Below, one piece after another: positions 1 to 13,500 of a stretch of 38,539 nucleotides of DNA. How positions within the stretch are numbered: the first letter of the stretch is position 1; every line of letters begins with the position of its first letter. Both the position numbers and the translations under genes were made by a program. Origin of the DNA: Myxococcota bacterium (lineage in GTDB: Bacteria > Myxococcota > XYA12-FULL-58-9 > JALHOP01); assembly GCA_041288095.1 (NCBI GenBank), contig JBGGMJ010000055.1, positions 1 through 38,539 on the forward strand. The letters are read 5' to 3'. The notes beneath the pieces were generated by a model. The model did not search any database. It saw nothing but the letters and a program-made list of their open reading frames with translations, and was not told where the DNA came from.

Positions 1-206
1 CGCCGGCCGGCCTCATCCCAGGAGTAGCCGAGCTCTTCGACGCAGTAGGTACGAAGGCTCGTACATGCCTCGCTGAGATGGAGCTTTCTGCGCGCAACCT
101 CCGCGAGATGCGCGATGACCTGGACACATTCGCCATGCTCCCGCGCGGCGCAAGCCTTCAGGGACACCAAGAGCTCATCGGGTGCTAAAGCGGACAAGTC
201 GCTCAT
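1..206 (-). CDS. Partial CDS (N-terminus only, runs off left edge); resembles N-terminal region of myxobacterial/Bdellovibrio-type HNH endonuclease (DUF222-like) proteins
   Basis: Not in the ORF track. Manual translation from ATG at 206 (AGGA upstream): MSDLSALAPDELLVSLKACAAREHGECVQVIAHLAEVARRKLHLSEACTSLRTYCVEELGYSWDEAGR, open to the edge. The pattern HLAEVxRRxLHL...SLxxYCVEELGYS matches my recollection of this family. The HNH domain itself is not visible. Confidence 0.7.
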   Translation of the reverse strand, partial: MSDLSALAPDELLVSLKACAAREHGECVQVIAHLAEVARRKLHLSEACTSLRTYCVEELGYSWDEAGR

Positions 207-435
207 GACTCATCCTAACACGGGAATTTTCTGCCCCTTTGCAGCCCCGTGGTGCCCCGCAAATGCCCGCGGATGCGAAAACACTCTAACCGTCCGCGAA
301 AACGCAACGGCGCGCACACCGACGCGCGCCAAGGCCATTCCAGAGCACGCCGGAAGCGGCTCAGCGCCAACACCGAAATACGACGTCAACACCAAAGTGA
401 AGCCACTGTCGTTTTTTCACACGCCCGCGTACGCA

Positions 436-457
436 AAATGCGCGTTAACGCGCATTT
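436..457. repeat. Perfect 22-bp palindrome AAATGCGCGTTAACGCGCATTT
   Basis: Read directly. Flanked by palindromes GCGTACGC (427-434) and CCGCTATAGCGG (467-478). Confidence 0.9.
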
Positions 458-641
458 CTCCAGCGTCCGCTATAGCGGCGCACACCTTGCGAAGCACAAC
501 CCTCCGGCCCCACGCAGCAAGCAGACGCCAAGGCCAACGTCCGCCCCCGGGTCTCCTCCACCCCCTCGGTGCAGATCCACCGAGGCCCCAAACAGCAGAC
601 GCTAAAACGGCTCGCAAGTGATGGCACAACGGCAAAATGAA

Positions 642-1697
642 CTAGAGCAACTCGCGCACCGCGCGACCCACCTCGGCCGTCGTCGCCTTGCCGCCCAAGT
701 CGCCGGTCACCAGGCCTTGGTCGATGACCTTGTCGACGGCGCGGTCGAGGGTGTCCGCTTCGGCGGAGAGGCGGAGCGAATGGCGTAGAAGCATCGCGGC
801 GCTCGAAATCGCGCCCAAGGGGTTCGCGACGCCTTTGCCCGCGATGTCCGGGGCGGAGCCGTGGATGGGCTCGTAGACGCCTAGCTTGCTCGAACCCAGC
901 GAAGCGCTGGGCAACATGCCGAGGGAGCCGGCGAGCACCGACGCTTCGTCGGTGAGAATGTCGCCGAACATGTTTTCGGTGACGATGACGTCGAACTCGG
1001 CGGCGCTGGTGATGAGGCGCATGGCGCACGAGTCCACGAGGTGATGGGTAAGCGTGACGTCGGGATGGTCTTTGGCGACGTCGTTGGCGACCTGGCGCCA
1101 CAAGCGCGAGCTGTCGAGCACGTTGGCCTTGTCGACGGAGGTGACCTTGCGCTTGCGCGTCGCGGCCAGGCGGAAGGCGAGCTCGACGACGCGGCGTACC
1201 TCGAAATCGTAGTACTCGAGGGTGTCGATGGCGCGCTCGCCGCGTGGGGTCTTTTCGCGGCGGCGCTCACCGAAGTAGAGGCCCCCGGTCAGCTCACGAA
1301 CGACGATGAGGTCGACGTCCGCGAGGCGCTCCGGCTTGAGGGGTGAGGCGTCGACGAGCGCTGGGTGCAGGCGCACCGGGCGCACGTTGGCGAACAGCTC
1401 GAGGTCCTTGCGCAGGCGCAGCAGGCCCTGCTCCGGCCGAATCTTCGCGTTGGGGTCGTCCCACTTGGGTCCGCCGACCGCGCCGAGCAACACCGCATCG
1501 GCGTTCTTGCACGCTTGCACCGTCTCGTCGGAGAGCGCGGCCCCTTCCTTGTCGATGGCGATGCCACCGATGAGGTGGTCCGTGAAAACGAACTGGTGTC
1601 CGCCACCGCGGGCGATTTCCTCGAGGGCGCGGCGGGCTTCGCCGATGACCTCGGGACCAATGCCGTCACCCGGCAGACAAACGATGGTGGCTTTCAT
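642..1697 (-). CDS. leuB: 3-isopropylmalate dehydrogenase
   Basis: [63 protein letters not shown]. True start is the ATG at 1697, overlapping the leuD stop (ATGA), not 2039. Confidence 0.97.
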   Translation of the reverse strand: MKATIVCLPGDGIGPEVIGEARRALEEIARGGGHQFVFTDHLIGGIAIDKEGAALSDETVQACKNADAVLLGAVGGPKWDDPNAKIRPEQGLLRLRKDLELFANVRPVRLHPALVDASPLKPERLADVDLIVVRELTGGLYFGERRREKTPRGERAIDTLEYYDFEVRRVVELAFRLAATRKRKVTSVDKANVLDSSRLWRQVANDVAKDHPDVTLTHHLVDSCAMRLITSAAEFDVIVTENMFGDILTDEASVLAGSLGMLPSASLGSSKLGVYEPIHGSAPDIAGKGVANPLGAISSAAMLLRHSLRLSAEADTLDRAVDKVIDQGLVTGDLGGKATTAEVGRAVRELL

Positions 1698-2254
1698 GGG
1701 CGGGCCTCGTAAGCTGCAATCTTGTCGCTGAAGCTCAAGATGTAGCCAAGCTCGTCGACGCCGTCGAGCAGGCAGCGGCGGGAGAAGGCATCGACGACGA
1801 AGGGCAGCTCGTCGCGACGCGGCAGCACCACCATGAGACGCTCGAGGTCGACCGTGAGCGGCGCGCCGGTCTTGGCTTGCTCGACCAACTTGGCATGCGC
1901 ATCGGGGGCCAAGGTCACGGGCAAGAGACCATTCTTGAGTGCGTTGTTGGTGAAGATGTCGGCGAACGACGTGGCGATGACGGCGCGGAAGCCGAAGTCG
2001 AGGAGCGCCCAAGGAGCGTGCTCGCGCGACGAGCCGCAACCGAAGTTGTGGCCGGCGACCAAAATACGCGCGTTGCGTGTGGCGGGCTGGTTCAACACGA
2101 AACCTGGGTCGACGCGCCAGTCGTTGAAGAGCTTCTCGCCCAAGCCCACCTTGGTAGTCGTCGTGAGAAAGCGCGCCGGAATGATCTGGTCGGTGTCGAT
2201 GTCGTTCACCGTGAGCAACACGGCGGGTGACGTGACTTGTTTGAATCCGGCCAC
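1694..2254 (-). CDS. leuD: 3-isopropylmalate dehydratase small subunit
   Basis: [39 protein letters not shown]. Confidence 0.97.
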   Translation of the reverse strand: MAGFKQVTSPAVLLTVNDIDTDQIIPARFLTTTTKVGLGEKLFNDWRVDPGFVLNQPATRNARILVAGHNFGCGSSREHAPWALLDFGFRAVIATSFADIFTNNALKNGLLPVTLAPDAHAKLVEQAKTGAPLTVDLERLMVVLPRRDELPFVVDAFSRRCLLDGVDELGYILSFSDKIAAYEARP

Positions 2255-2256
2255 GG

Positions 2257-3654
2257 CTAGCTCCCCATGAGTGTGCGAACGTCCGTCACGACACCGGTGA
2301 CCGCCGCCGCGGCAGCAGTGAGCGGAGACGCGAGGAAGGTGCGGCTGCCGGGTCCCTGGCGGCCCTCGAAGTTACGGTTGCTGGTCGAGACCGCGTATTG
2401 TCCGGGACCTACCTGGTCGCCGTTCATGCCGATGCACATCGAACAGCCGGCGTCGCGCCACTCGGCACCGGCGTCCTTGAAGACACGATCGAGGCCCTCG
2501 GCCTCCGCGGCTTTCTTCACGGCGGCCGAGCCAGGAACCACGAGCGCCCGCACACCCTGCGCGACCTTGCGATCCGCCATCACGGACGCGGCTTGGCGTA
2601 GATCGGACAAGCGCGAGTTCGTGCACGAGCCGATGAAGACGACGTCGACCTTTTGGCCGAGGAGCCGAACGCCTGGTTTCAGGGCCATGTAAGCCAGCGC
2701 CTTCTCCAGCGCCGCGCGCTCGGCGCCCACGAGGTTCGAGGGATCGGGGATCGCCGCGGTGATCGGCATGCCCATGCCCGGATTGGTGCCGAAAGTGATC
2801 ATCGGCTCGAGGGCCGAGACATCGACGGTCACGCTGCGGTCGAACCTCGCACCGTCGTCGGTCGCGAGCGCTCGCCACGACGCGACTGCTTCATCGAAGG
2901 CCGCTCCCTTGGGGGCGAATTCCTTGTCAGCCAGATACGCGAACGTCGTGTCGTCGGGCGCGATCATGCCGGCGCGCGCGCCCGCCTCGATCGACATGTT
3001 GCAGACGGTCATCCGTCCTTCCATCGACAAGGCGCGCACCGCCTCGCCGCGATACTCGATGACGTGGCCGGTCGCGCCGCCGACGCCGATCTTGGCGCAC
3101 AACGCGAGGATGAGATCCTTCGCGGTCACGGCCTTCCCCGCCGTGCCCTCGAAGCGCACCTCCAGCGACTTGGCCTTCTTCTGCAACAGGCACTGTGTCG
3201 CCAGCACGTGCTCGACCTCGCTGGTGCCGATACCGAACGCCAACGCTCCGAAGGCGCCGTGGGTCGCCGTGTGCGAGTCGCCGCAGACGATGGTCATGCC
3301 CGGCTGCGTGAGACCGAGCTCGGGTCCGATGACGTGAACGATGCCTTGCCGCTCGTTGCCGAGCGCGTACAGGCGCACGCCGTGCGCTTCGCAGTTGGCG
3401 ACCAGCGTGTCGAGCTGCTTTTGCGCCTGCGCATCTACGACCGCGAGGCGCGAGGTCGGCGTCGAGTGGTCCATGGTCGCAACGGTGCGATCTGGTCTGC
3501 GGACCTTCAGCCCGCGCGTCGCGAGGCCGGCGAAGGCCTGCGGCGACGTCACCTCGTGCACCAGGTGCAGATCGATGAAGAGAATCGCCGGGCAACCAGG
3601 CTCCTGGTGCACAACGTGGCGAGCCCAAACTTTGTCGAACAGCGTTTGCGTCAC
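2257..3654 (-). CDS. leuC: 3-isopropylmalate dehydratase large subunit
   Basis: [63 protein letters not shown]. Confidence 0.97.
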   Translation of the reverse strand: MTQTLFDKVWARHVVHQEPGCPAILFIDLHLVHEVTSPQAFAGLATRGLKVRRPDRTVATMDHSTPTSRLAVVDAQAQKQLDTLVANCEAHGVRLYALGNERQGIVHVIGPELGLTQPGMTIVCGDSHTATHGAFGALAFGIGTSEVEHVLATQCLLQKKAKSLEVRFEGTAGKAVTAKDLILALCAKIGVGGATGHVIEYRGEAVRALSMEGRMTVCNMSIEAGARAGMIAPDDTTFAYLADKEFAPKGAAFDEAVASWRALATDDGARFDRSVTVDVSALEPMITFGTNPGMGMPITAAIPDPSNLVGAERAALEKALAYMALKPGVRLLGQKVDVVFIGSCTNSRLSDLRQAASVMADRKVAQGVRALVVPGSAAVKKAAEAEGLDRVFKDAGAEWRDAGCSMCIGMNGDQVGPGQYAVSTSNRNFEGRQGPGSRTFLASPLTAAAAAVTGVVTDVRTLMGS

Positions 3655-5267
3655 GAAGCGGCCTCAGCCGCCTCTTGTAGTTTGGCCGCGTCGGTCGCGG
3701 CAATGATGCGATTGAGCGCCGACAAATAAGCCTTGGCGCTCGCCACCACGATGTCGGTCTCGGCGCCGTGGCCATGATAAACGCGCCGGCCGCTGGTCGC
3801 GTGCTGCGGATTCTCCGGCGCGACTTGCGCGCTCTCGACCTTCACGCTCACTTCACCCAGGGCATCGATGCCTTCGGTGACGGCTTGCACGGTGTACTCG
3901 AGCAAGGTGCAGGACACTTGCAGCAACGAGTCGATGGCACGGAACACCGCATCGACCGGGCCGGTGCCGGTGGCGGTCATGACCAGCTCGCGGTCTTCTG
4001 GTCCTTTCAAGCGGACAGTGGCGCTCGAAGGGCCGGCGGTGCCGCACTTCACGTCCAGCGCGAGCAAAGCATAGCGCTCGACCGCCTGATAGAGCTCGTC
4101 GGCGACCAGCGCCACGAGATCCGCGTCAGTGACCGTCTTCTTGCGGTCAGCGAGCGCCTTGAAGCGCGCGAATGCCTTGTCGAGATCGGTGTCCACCAAA
4201 GCGTAGCCAAGCTCGGCCAAGCGAGCTTTGACCGCGGCGCGGCCCGAGTGCTTGCCAAGAACGAGCTTCGTGACGACGGCGCCGACCGACTCGGGGCGCA
4301 TGATCTCGTACGTGGCGGCATTCTTGAGCATGCCGTCCTGATGGATGCCGGCTTCGTGCGCGAAGGCGTTGGCGCCGACGATGGCTTTGTTGGGCTGCAC
4401 CGCGATGCCGGTGCACGACGTGACGAGCTTCGAGACGCGCATGATCTGAGTGGTGTCGATGCCGTGGCGCATGCCGAAGAAATCGGCGCGTGTGCCCATG
4501 GCCATGACGACCTCTTCCAACGAGGTATTACCGGCGCGCTCGCCGATGCCGTTCACCGCGACCTCGATCTGCCGTGCGCCGTTCATCACGCCCGCCAGGG
4601 CGTTCGCGGTCGCGAGCCCCAAGTCGTCGTGGCAATGGCAGGAGAAAACGATGTTGTCGCCGCCGGGCACGTCGCGCTTCAGCCGCGCGATCAAGGCCCC
4701 ATATTCGGCGGGCGTCACGTAACCGACGGTGTCGGGGATGTTCAGCGTCGTGGCGCCGTTCGCGACCGCGATGCCGAGCACCTCGATCAAGAAGTCGACG
4801 TTCGAGCGGCCGGCGTCCTCCGGCGAGAACTCGATGTCCTCGCAGAACGAACGGGCCAGCGCGACCATCTCGGCGACGCGGGCTTTCACTTCGGCCGGCG
4901 TCATGCGGAGCTTATGCTCCATGTGAATCGGGCTGGTGGCCAGGAACGTGTGGATGCGCGGCTTGGCGGCCGGCTTCACCGCTTCGGCGGCACGCGTGAT
5001 GTCGTTCTTCGAGGCACGCGCCAGCCCACAGATCGCCGGTGTCCGGCCTTCGACGCCTTGGCCCACGGTCTGGGCGATCTTGTGAACCGCCTCCCAATCA
5101 TCGGGTGAGGCCGCGGGAAAGCCGGCTTCGATGACGTCCACTCCGAGCCGTGCGAGGGCATTCGCGATTTGGAGCTTCTCGGCGGACGTCATGGTGGCGC
5201 CGGGAGACTGCTCGCCATCGCGAAGGGTCGTATCGAAGATCCGAACGTACGGCTTCTCGCTCGACAT
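3651..5267 (-). CDS. leuA: 2-isopropylmalate synthase with C-terminal regulatory domain
   Basis: [54 protein letters not shown]. Confidence 0.97.
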   Translation of the reverse strand: MSSEKPYVRIFDTTLRDGEQSPGATMTSAEKLQIANALARLGVDVIEAGFPAASPDDWEAVHKIAQTVGQGVEGRTPAICGLARASKNDITRAAEAVKPAAKPRIHTFLATSPIHMEHKLRMTPAEVKARVAEMVALARSFCEDIEFSPEDAGRSNVDFLIEVLGIAVANGATTLNIPDTVGYVTPAEYGALIARLKRDVPGGDNIVFSCHCHDDLGLATANALAGVMNGARQIEVAVNGIGERAGNTSLEEVVMAMGTRADFFGMRHGIDTTQIMRVSKLVTSCTGIAVQPNKAIVGANAFAHEAGIHQDGMLKNAATYEIMRPESVGAVVTKLVLGKHSGRAAVKARLAELGYALVDTDLDKAFARFKALADRKKTVTDADLVALVADELYQAVERYALLALDVKCGTAGPSSATVRLKGPEDRELVMTATGTGPVDAVFRAIDSLLQVSCTLLEYTVQAVTEGIDALGEVSVKVESAQVAPENPQHATSGRRVYHGHGAETDIVVASAKAYLSALNRIIAATDAAKLQEAAEAAS

Positions 5268-5273
5268 GACCCC

Positions 5274-6865
<1,592 letters not shown>

Positions 6866-6871
6866 GAATTA

Positions 6872-8680
6872 CTACTCGTCAGCCCCGGTCTCGGCCAGCG
6901 GGCTCGTTACTGCTTGTGGTCTTCGAATCATGTCTTGGAGGTCCGCTCCAGCGGGCACCATCGGGTAGACGGCGTCTTCCTGCTCGACGCGGAAATCGAT
7001 GATGACGGTGCCCGGCGCGCTGCGGGCCTTGTCGACGATGCTCTCGAGCTCGCTGCGCTTCTCGACGCGCAAGCCGGTGAGGCCGTGCGCCTCGGCGAGC
7101 TTCACGAAGTCGGGCGAGGTGATCGGAGTGGCGGCGTAGCGGCGCTTGTAGAAGAACTCCTGCCACTGGCGAACCATGCCGAGATAGCCGTTGTTGATGA
7201 TGGCGATGTTCACCTTGATGCCTTCTTGGGCGCAGGTGGCGAGCTCGCAGGCGGTCATCTGAAAGCCGCCGTCTCCGGCAACGACCCAGATCTCGGCGTC
7301 GGGTTTGCCGAAGCGCGCGCCGATGGCCGCGGGCAACGCGAAGCCCATGGTACCGAGGCCCCCGGACGTGATGAGCGAGCGCGAAGTGTCGTGCTTGTAG
7401 TACTGCGCTTCCCACATCTGATGCTGACCAACGTCGGTGACGACAATGGCGCCGCCTTTGGTGATGCGATGCAGGTCGTGAATGACGTGCGCGGCGAAGA
7501 GCTTGCCATGGTCCGGTAGGTTCTTGATGTCGCGAACGGCCGAGTCGCCCTTGAGTGAGTCGATGTGGTCGACCCAGTCCGGGTGACCCTTGCCGTCGAC
7601 GACCGGCAACAAGCGCTGCAATACCTCGCGCAAGTCGCCGACGAGCGCGACGTCGGCGCGTACGTTTTTGTGGACCTCGGCGGGATCGATCTCGACGTGG
7701 ATCTTCTTGGCGCTGAGCGCGTAGGTGGCGAGATTCCCGGTGACGCGGTCATCGAAGCGCATGCCGAACGCGAGCAGCAGGTCGGCTTCCTGGATGGCGG
7801 TGTTGACCCAGGCTTCGCCGTGCATGCCCATCATGCCGAGGTTCAGCGGATGTTGTGACGGCAGGCACCCGAGGCCGAGCAACGTCAACGCCGCCGGGGT
7901 CTGGGTTTTCTCGAGGAACTGAACGAGCTCATGCTCGGCGCCCGATTGAATGACGCCGCGGCCGGCGAGCACCACGGGGCGCTTGGCGTTCTTGATGAGC
8001 TCGGCCGCCATGGCGTACTCGCGCTGCGGTGTCTCCAAGCGCGGGCGATAGCCGGGCAGCACGATGGGCGAGTGATCGGGAACGTAGTCGATGGTCGCCT
8101 GCTGCGCGTCCTTGGTGATGTCCACCAAGACCGGCCCGGGCCGGCCGGAGCGTGCGACGTAGAAGGCCTCGCGCAGCGTCTTGGCGATGTCTTGCGCCCG
8201 CGTCACCAAGTAATTGTGCTTGGTGATCGGCATCGTGATGCCGACGATGTCGGTTTCCTGGAAGGCGTCCTTGCCGATGAGCGGCGACGGCACCTGGCCG
8301 GTGATGAAGACGACCGGAGAGCTGTCGAGCATGGCGGTCGCGATACCGGTGACGAGGTTCGTCGCGCCGGGACCGCTGGTCGCAATGGCGACGCCGACCT
8401 TCCCCGTGGCGCGCGCGTACCCGTCCGCCATGTGGGAAGCGCCCTGCTCGTGGCGGACCAGCACGTGGCGAATCTTGTAGTCGAGCATCGCGTCGTAGAC
8501 CGGGAGGATGGCGCCGCCCGGGTAGCCGAAGACGGTGTCGATGCCCTCCTGAGTAAGCACTTCCCAGACGATCTGCGCGCCGGTGCGTTTGACGGGCTCG
8601 GGACGAACCGCGGTGGCGGTGTTTTCGCCTGACGCACCTGGGTCTGTTTGCTTGGCCTCGGTTTTGTACGAGATTGCCAT
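6872..8680 (-). CDS. ilvB: Acetolactate synthase large (catalytic) subunit
   Basis: FGYPGGAILP, RHEQGA, TSGPGATN, GMMGMHG, RFDDRVTG, DVGQHQMW, GDGGFQM...NNGYLGMVRQWQ (ThDP motif). Confidence 0.97.
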   Translation of the reverse strand: MAISYKTEAKQTDPGASGENTATAVRPEPVKRTGAQIVWEVLTQEGIDTVFGYPGGAILPVYDAMLDYKIRHVLVRHEQGASHMADGYARATGKVGVAIATSGPGATNLVTGIATAMLDSSPVVFITGQVPSPLIGKDAFQETDIVGITMPITKHNYLVTRAQDIAKTLREAFYVARSGRPGPVLVDITKDAQQATIDYVPDHSPIVLPGYRPRLETPQREYAMAAELIKNAKRPVVLAGRGVIQSGAEHELVQFLEKTQTPAALTLLGLGCLPSQHPLNLGMMGMHGEAWVNTAIQEADLLLAFGMRFDDRVTGNLATYALSAKKIHVEIDPAEVHKNVRADVALVGDLREVLQRLLPVVDGKGHPDWVDHIDSLKGDSAVRDIKNLPDHGKLFAAHVIHDLHRITKGGAIVVTDVGQHQMWEAQYYKHDTSRSLITSGGLGTMGFALPAAIGARFGKPDAEIWVVAGDGGFQMTACELATCAQEGIKVNIAIINNGYLGMVRQWQEFFYKRRYAATPITSPDFVKLAEAHGLTGLRVEKRSELESIVDKARSAPGTVIIDFRVEQEDAVYPMVPAGADLQDMIRRPQAVTSPLAETGADE

Positions 8681-8708
8681 CGTTCCTACGTGCCCATCTC
8701 AGTGGGCC

Positions 8709-8743
8709 AATAACGACAAACGGCCCCCTTTGGGGGTTTATCG
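8709..8743 (-). promoter_or_regulatory. Hairpin with U-rich tail in the ilvB leader (possible attenuator/terminator-like structure)
   Basis: On - strand CGAUAAAC-CCCC-AAAG-GGGG-CC-GUUUGUCG then UUAUU; the single mismatch is a G-U pair on this strand. Confidence 0.4.
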
Positions 8744-8758
8744 GCAGCAGCGTCTACT

Positions 8759-10432
8759 ATGTCTTTTAAACGCAGCGCAGCAATTTTGGATGGACCGGCG
8801 CGATCGCCAAATCGTGCCATGTTACGGGCAGTTGGCTTTGGCGACGCGGACTTCGAAAAAACACTGATTGGCGTCGCCAGCGGTGATTCCACGATTACGC
8901 CCTGCAACGCCGGCATCGGCAGCCTCATCCCTGGAATCGAAGAGGCTATCCGCAAAGCCGGGGCCATGCCGCAGAGATTTGGCACTCCCACCATCTCCGA
9001 CGGCATCTCCATGGGCACCGAAGGGATGAAGTATTCGCTGGTCTCCCGCGAGGTCATCGCCGACTGCATCGAGACCGTCTGCAACGGCCAGTCACTGGAC
9101 GGCGTGCTGGCGGTCGGCGGCTGCGACAAGAACATTCCCGGCGCCCTCATCGCCATGGCGCGTCTGAACATCCCAGCGATCTTCGTCTACGCCGGCACCA
9201 TCAAGCCCGGGCGCCTCCGCGGACAGGACCTCACGGTGGTCTCTGCCTTCGAAGCGGTCGGCAGGCACGCCGCGGGGCTCATCGACGACAAGGAGCTGCT
9301 CGAGGTCGAGCGTCACGCCTGTCCTGGTGTCGGCGCCTGCGGCGGCATGTTCACCGCTAACACCATGTCGAGCGCCGCCGAGGCGTTGGGCCTATCGCTG
9401 CCCCGTTCGTCGACCATGTCAGCCGCGGACCCCGAGAAGGCGGAGAGCGCGGCCGAATCGGCGCGCGTCTTGTTCGAGGCGGTGAGGGCCGGCCGCAATG
9501 CGCGGCAAATGCTCACGCGCGAGGCCTTCTTGAACGCCATCGCGGTGGTGATTGCCGTTGGTGGCTCGACCAACGCGGCGCTGCACTTGCCCGCTATCGC
9601 GCACGCCGCCGGTGTAAAGCTGACGCTCGACGACTTCACCGCGCTCGCGGCCAAGGTGCCGGTGCTCTGTGACTTGAAGCCGTCCGGCAAATACGTGGCG
9701 ACGCATCTGCACGAGGCCGGCGGCACGCCACAGGTCATGAAGATGCTGCTGGTGCACGGCCTCATCGACGGCACGTGCATGACCATCAGCGGCAAGACCA
9801 TCGCGGAGACATTGAAGGACGTGCCGGATGCGCCACCGAAGGGCCAGGACGTCATCCGCCAGTTCGACAACCCTGTCTACAAAAGCGGACACCTCGCGAT
9901 CTTGAAGGGCACACTCGCGCCCGGAGGCAGTGTCGCCAAGCTCTCGGGTGTGAAATCGCGCAAGCTCGAAGGTCCGGCACGCGTCTTCGACCGCGAGGAA
10001 GATTCGCTGGCGGCGATTCTGGCCGGCAAGATCAAGCCGGGCGACGTCGTCGTCATCCGCTACGAAGGCCCGAAGGGTGGGCCGGGCATGCGCGAGATGC
10101 TGGCCCCGACCTCCGCCATCATCGGCGCCGGCATGGGCGACAGCGTCGCGCTCATCACCGACGGTCGCTTCTCGGGCGGCACCTACGGCCTGGTGGTCGG
10201 GCACATCGTCCCGGAGGCCGCGGCTGGCGGTCCCATCGCCCTCGTTCAAGACGGCGACATCATCCACCTGGACGGGGATTCCGGGGTCTTGGACCTCAAG
10301 GTCGCTCCCGAAGAGCTGACGCGGCGGCGGGCTGCCTGGACGGCACCAGAACCCCGCTATACCCGCGGAGTCCTGGCGAAATACGCAAAGCTCGTTAGTT
10401 CCGCGGACTTGGGTGCGGTGACCGACCTCTAG
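8759..10432 (+). CDS. ilvD: Dihydroxy-acid dehydratase
   Basis: [64 protein letters not shown]. Confidence 0.97.
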   Translation: MSFKRSAAILDGPARSPNRAMLRAVGFGDADFEKTLIGVASGDSTITPCNAGIGSLIPGIEEAIRKAGAMPQRFGTPTISDGISMGTEGMKYSLVSREVIADCIETVCNGQSLDGVLAVGGCDKNIPGALIAMARLNIPAIFVYAGTIKPGRLRGQDLTVVSAFEAVGRHAAGLIDDKELLEVERHACPGVGACGGMFTANTMSSAAEALGLSLPRSSTMSAADPEKAESAAESARVLFEAVRAGRNARQMLTREAFLNAIAVVIAVGGSTNAALHLPAIAHAAGVKLTLDDFTALAAKVPVLCDLKPSGKYVATHLHEAGGTPQVMKMLLVHGLIDGTCMTISGKTIAETLKDVPDAPPKGQDVIRQFDNPVYKSGHLAILKGTLAPGGSVAKLSGVKSRKLEGPARVFDREEDSLAAILAGKIKPGDVVVIRYEGPKGGPGMREMLAPTSAIIGAGMGDSVALITDGRFSGGTYGLVVGHIVPEAAAGGPIALVQDGDIIHLDGDSGVLDLKVAPEELTRRRAAWTAPEPRYTRGVLAKYAKLVSSADLGAVTDL

Positions 10433-10518
10433 CAGCTCGATCTAATAAGGTCAGAACCGCGAAACCGAGCTTGCCAGAGCGCTGATAATCCCTCACTGGC
10501 TTCCGCGAGATTCTGACC

Positions 10519-13500
10519 ATGGACCACGCACGGCATCCCTCCCCCGCGCGACGGGGCCTTTTGGGCGTCCTTGGGCCGTGCCTCGTCTTCATGGCGCTCG
10601 CCTGCGCCCCCGAGATGGACACCACGCGCATCGCCCGCGAGGACCCGAGCGTCGGCGCCGCGATCTACCGCGAGATGTGCCAGCGCGTGGCCGTCGGCGA
10701 GGACCCGACGCTGGTCGCCGGTCACCCGACCTGTCTGCGCAATCTCGAGCCGGCGGCCGAGGACGGCCCGCGTCTGAAAGCGCTCTTCCTCCAGCGTGAT
10801 CGTTTGATCAGCGAGGCCAACGCGGCGCTCGGGGCACCGGTCGGCGCCGCCGTGCGCGACATGCTCGAGCAAATGTTGCCGCTCTACGACGACGGCACCA
10901 TGCGCGAAGCCACCGACACCATGCAGACGTGGCTCGCGGGGCTCGAGCAGGACACGGAAGCCTTGGGAGCGCTCGAGCGCATCGCCAAGCGTGACGGCTA
11001 CGTGCAGCCGAACCTCACGCCCGGCTTCATGCGCGTCATCATGAGCTTCGAAGGCACCGGCAAGCTCCTGGCGTCGAGCCTGGAAGCCATCACGACGACG
11101 GAAGCGGGCACGGTGACGCTCGCCAACGCGCTCTCGGTGTTGCAGCCCGAGCTCATCGACGCCTTCGACGAAGAGGACGACGCAAGCCACAGCTGGTACG
11201 TGCTGCGCGATTTCCTCGAAACCTACGACCCGGAGCTCGACAATCAGACTGCCCGCTATATCGTACAGCGCGACGAACGCGGCATGGCGATGACCGTGGG
11301 TGGCGCGCAGGTGAGCGGCACGCCGTTCCCGTTGGCGCGGGTCTCGCGCGCCGAGCATCGCGACCAGTTCGGCCGTTTGCTCGACGGCGGCGGCGACCTC
11401 GTTTACCGCTACAACAACGTCGAGGGCACGGTGCTCGCGGGCCTCACGCGCGAAGTGGCTCGCATATCCAAAACCGCGCCGGGCGCCATCGGCCAGTTGC
11501 TGCGTCCCGGTGCGTTGCTGCTCGGACCGCCTCGTGCCCGCAGCGCCACGTATTCGACCGGGCAAGTCCGCTTTGGCGGCTTTGACACGACACGGTCACC
11601 GTTGCTCGACCTCGCCTACGTGGGCGGTATCGTCGCCAAGCGCGACACGCTGCTCCCGGCGCTCACCGCCTGGCAAGAGCTCGCGCGCCGCGACGAACGC
11701 GCTTTGGCGGCGGGCACCCAAGCGCTGTCGGTTGCGTTGCAGATGCTACGCAAGCAGCCCTACGCCAACTACGCGCTCGAGGACGACACCTCGATGGCGG
11801 AAGACCTCCTCGAGGTCGTCGTCGAGATCCTGCGCGAGCCGGGCCTCATCGAGAGCCTGCTCGACGCCTTCGAGGATCCGCGCGTCGCGAACCTTTCCCC
11901 GACCATCGCGCGTTATCTCGAGTTCAAGGATCTCATCGACTACAACCCGCAGAACCTCAACGGCCCGCCAACCGGCTCCATGCAGACACCGGTCGACCGG
12001 ACGCGGCCCGACCTGCGCAACAACCGCAGCATCTTCCAGCGCTTCATCCATCTGATGTTCGACGCGCGCCACGCCCGCCTCTGCAACAAGGAAGGCGCAT
12101 ACGTCACCATGCTCGGCGTGTCGTATCCGTTCTTCGGCGACGGCTACGCCGAGTGCGAGCTCACCCAGATCGACGACATCGCCATCTTCCACACCGAGTC
12201 GATCATCGGAAAAGCGGTGGTCACCATCAAGGACTCGACGCTCGCCGCCGTCGCGACGCACTCCCTCATCGAATACGAAAGCGGCATCGACGGCTTCGGT
12301 CTCTACCCCACCTCCGAGTCGCTCGATCGTTTCGTCTTCGCGCCCTACAACTCCTATCTCGCGGGTCTCTACGACGCCGTGCCGACCTGGGACGGCGTGC
12401 CCCTCAAGAGTCGACACAACGGCACCATCTTCTCGTGGGAGCTCGAGGGCTTTTACGGCAACCTCGCGCCGATCATTCAGGCCTTCTACGACCACGGCCG
12501 AATCGATCTGTTCGTCGATCTGTTCGGCACGCTGCACAAACACTACGGCAGCCGTGACAGCGACTTCGTGCAATCGGACGATCCAGACGCGTACCTGTAC
12601 GCCCCCAACACCGGCATCGTCCGCTTCGAGCCGGTGATCGCCGAGGCCGTGGCGACGAACCCGCTCGCCGGCATCGGGCGCGCCCTCACCGCCTTGAAGG
12701 CGATCAACGTCGGCGGTGTCGACGGACGCGCGCGTGTCTTGGCCCTGTTGCGCTCGCTCATCTTGCCCGAGCTCAACGCCGGCCTCACGACGCGAGCCGG
12801 CCGCTCCTACACCGTCCGCAATGACGGGCAAACGGTCGTCAACATCACGCCGATGCTCTTGCTCGTCGACGCCCTGCGCAACGTCGACGCGGCGCTGAAG
12901 CTCGATCCCGAGCTCTCCTCGGCGATGGGCGACGGTCTGAAGGGCGTGGTCGGCGGCCTACTCGACAGCAACGGACAACGCATGGCGAGCTCGGACACGG
13001 CGCCGCTCGCGGCGCGCATCCTGGGCTTCGTCCAAGAGCGCCTCCAGGCGCACGCGACCGCCGGTGACCTGAACGCTTGGGCGGACGGCATGGACGAGCG
13101 TCTGCAGGAAGTGCTCGACCAACCCCTCGTGCAGACCATGGTGCCGTTGGGCGCTCTCTTGATGCGCGATCCCGAGGCTCGGGCCGAGGTCGACGCGCTC
13201 TTGCAGCACCTCGTGACCAACGACTCGTACACCAGCACCATCCAGGGTCTCGCCGACGCCCTGCAGCTCCTCGACGACGAGACCGACCTGCGGCCACTCG
13301 CGAGGTCGCTTGCCGTCGCCGCCGACCCCAAGAACGGCATGATCCAGCGCGGCATCGCCATGATGCAGGCGATGGGTGTCCGCGATACCGGAAGCGCCTT
13401 GCCACAGCTCCTGACTCGCCTGGTCACCCACCCCGAAGACGACCGCAACGCCGAGACGCCGATGGAAGCGCTGATGGACATCATGCTCGAGGTCAACCGC

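Noticed and set aside
115-635. ORFs 115..621, 249..605, 210..395 and 417..635
   Set aside because: No motifs and atypical composition; 115..621 overlaps the more credible - strand gene starting at 206. Treated as non-coding.
1698-2039. 114-aa N-terminal extension of LeuB in the ORF track
   Set aside because: Out-of-frame overlap with leuD; the real start is the coupled ATG at 1697.
10461-10490. Promoter for the large lipoprotein (TTGCCA / GATAAT)
   Set aside because: The hexamers are only 7 bp apart; no convincing -35 at the correct spacing.
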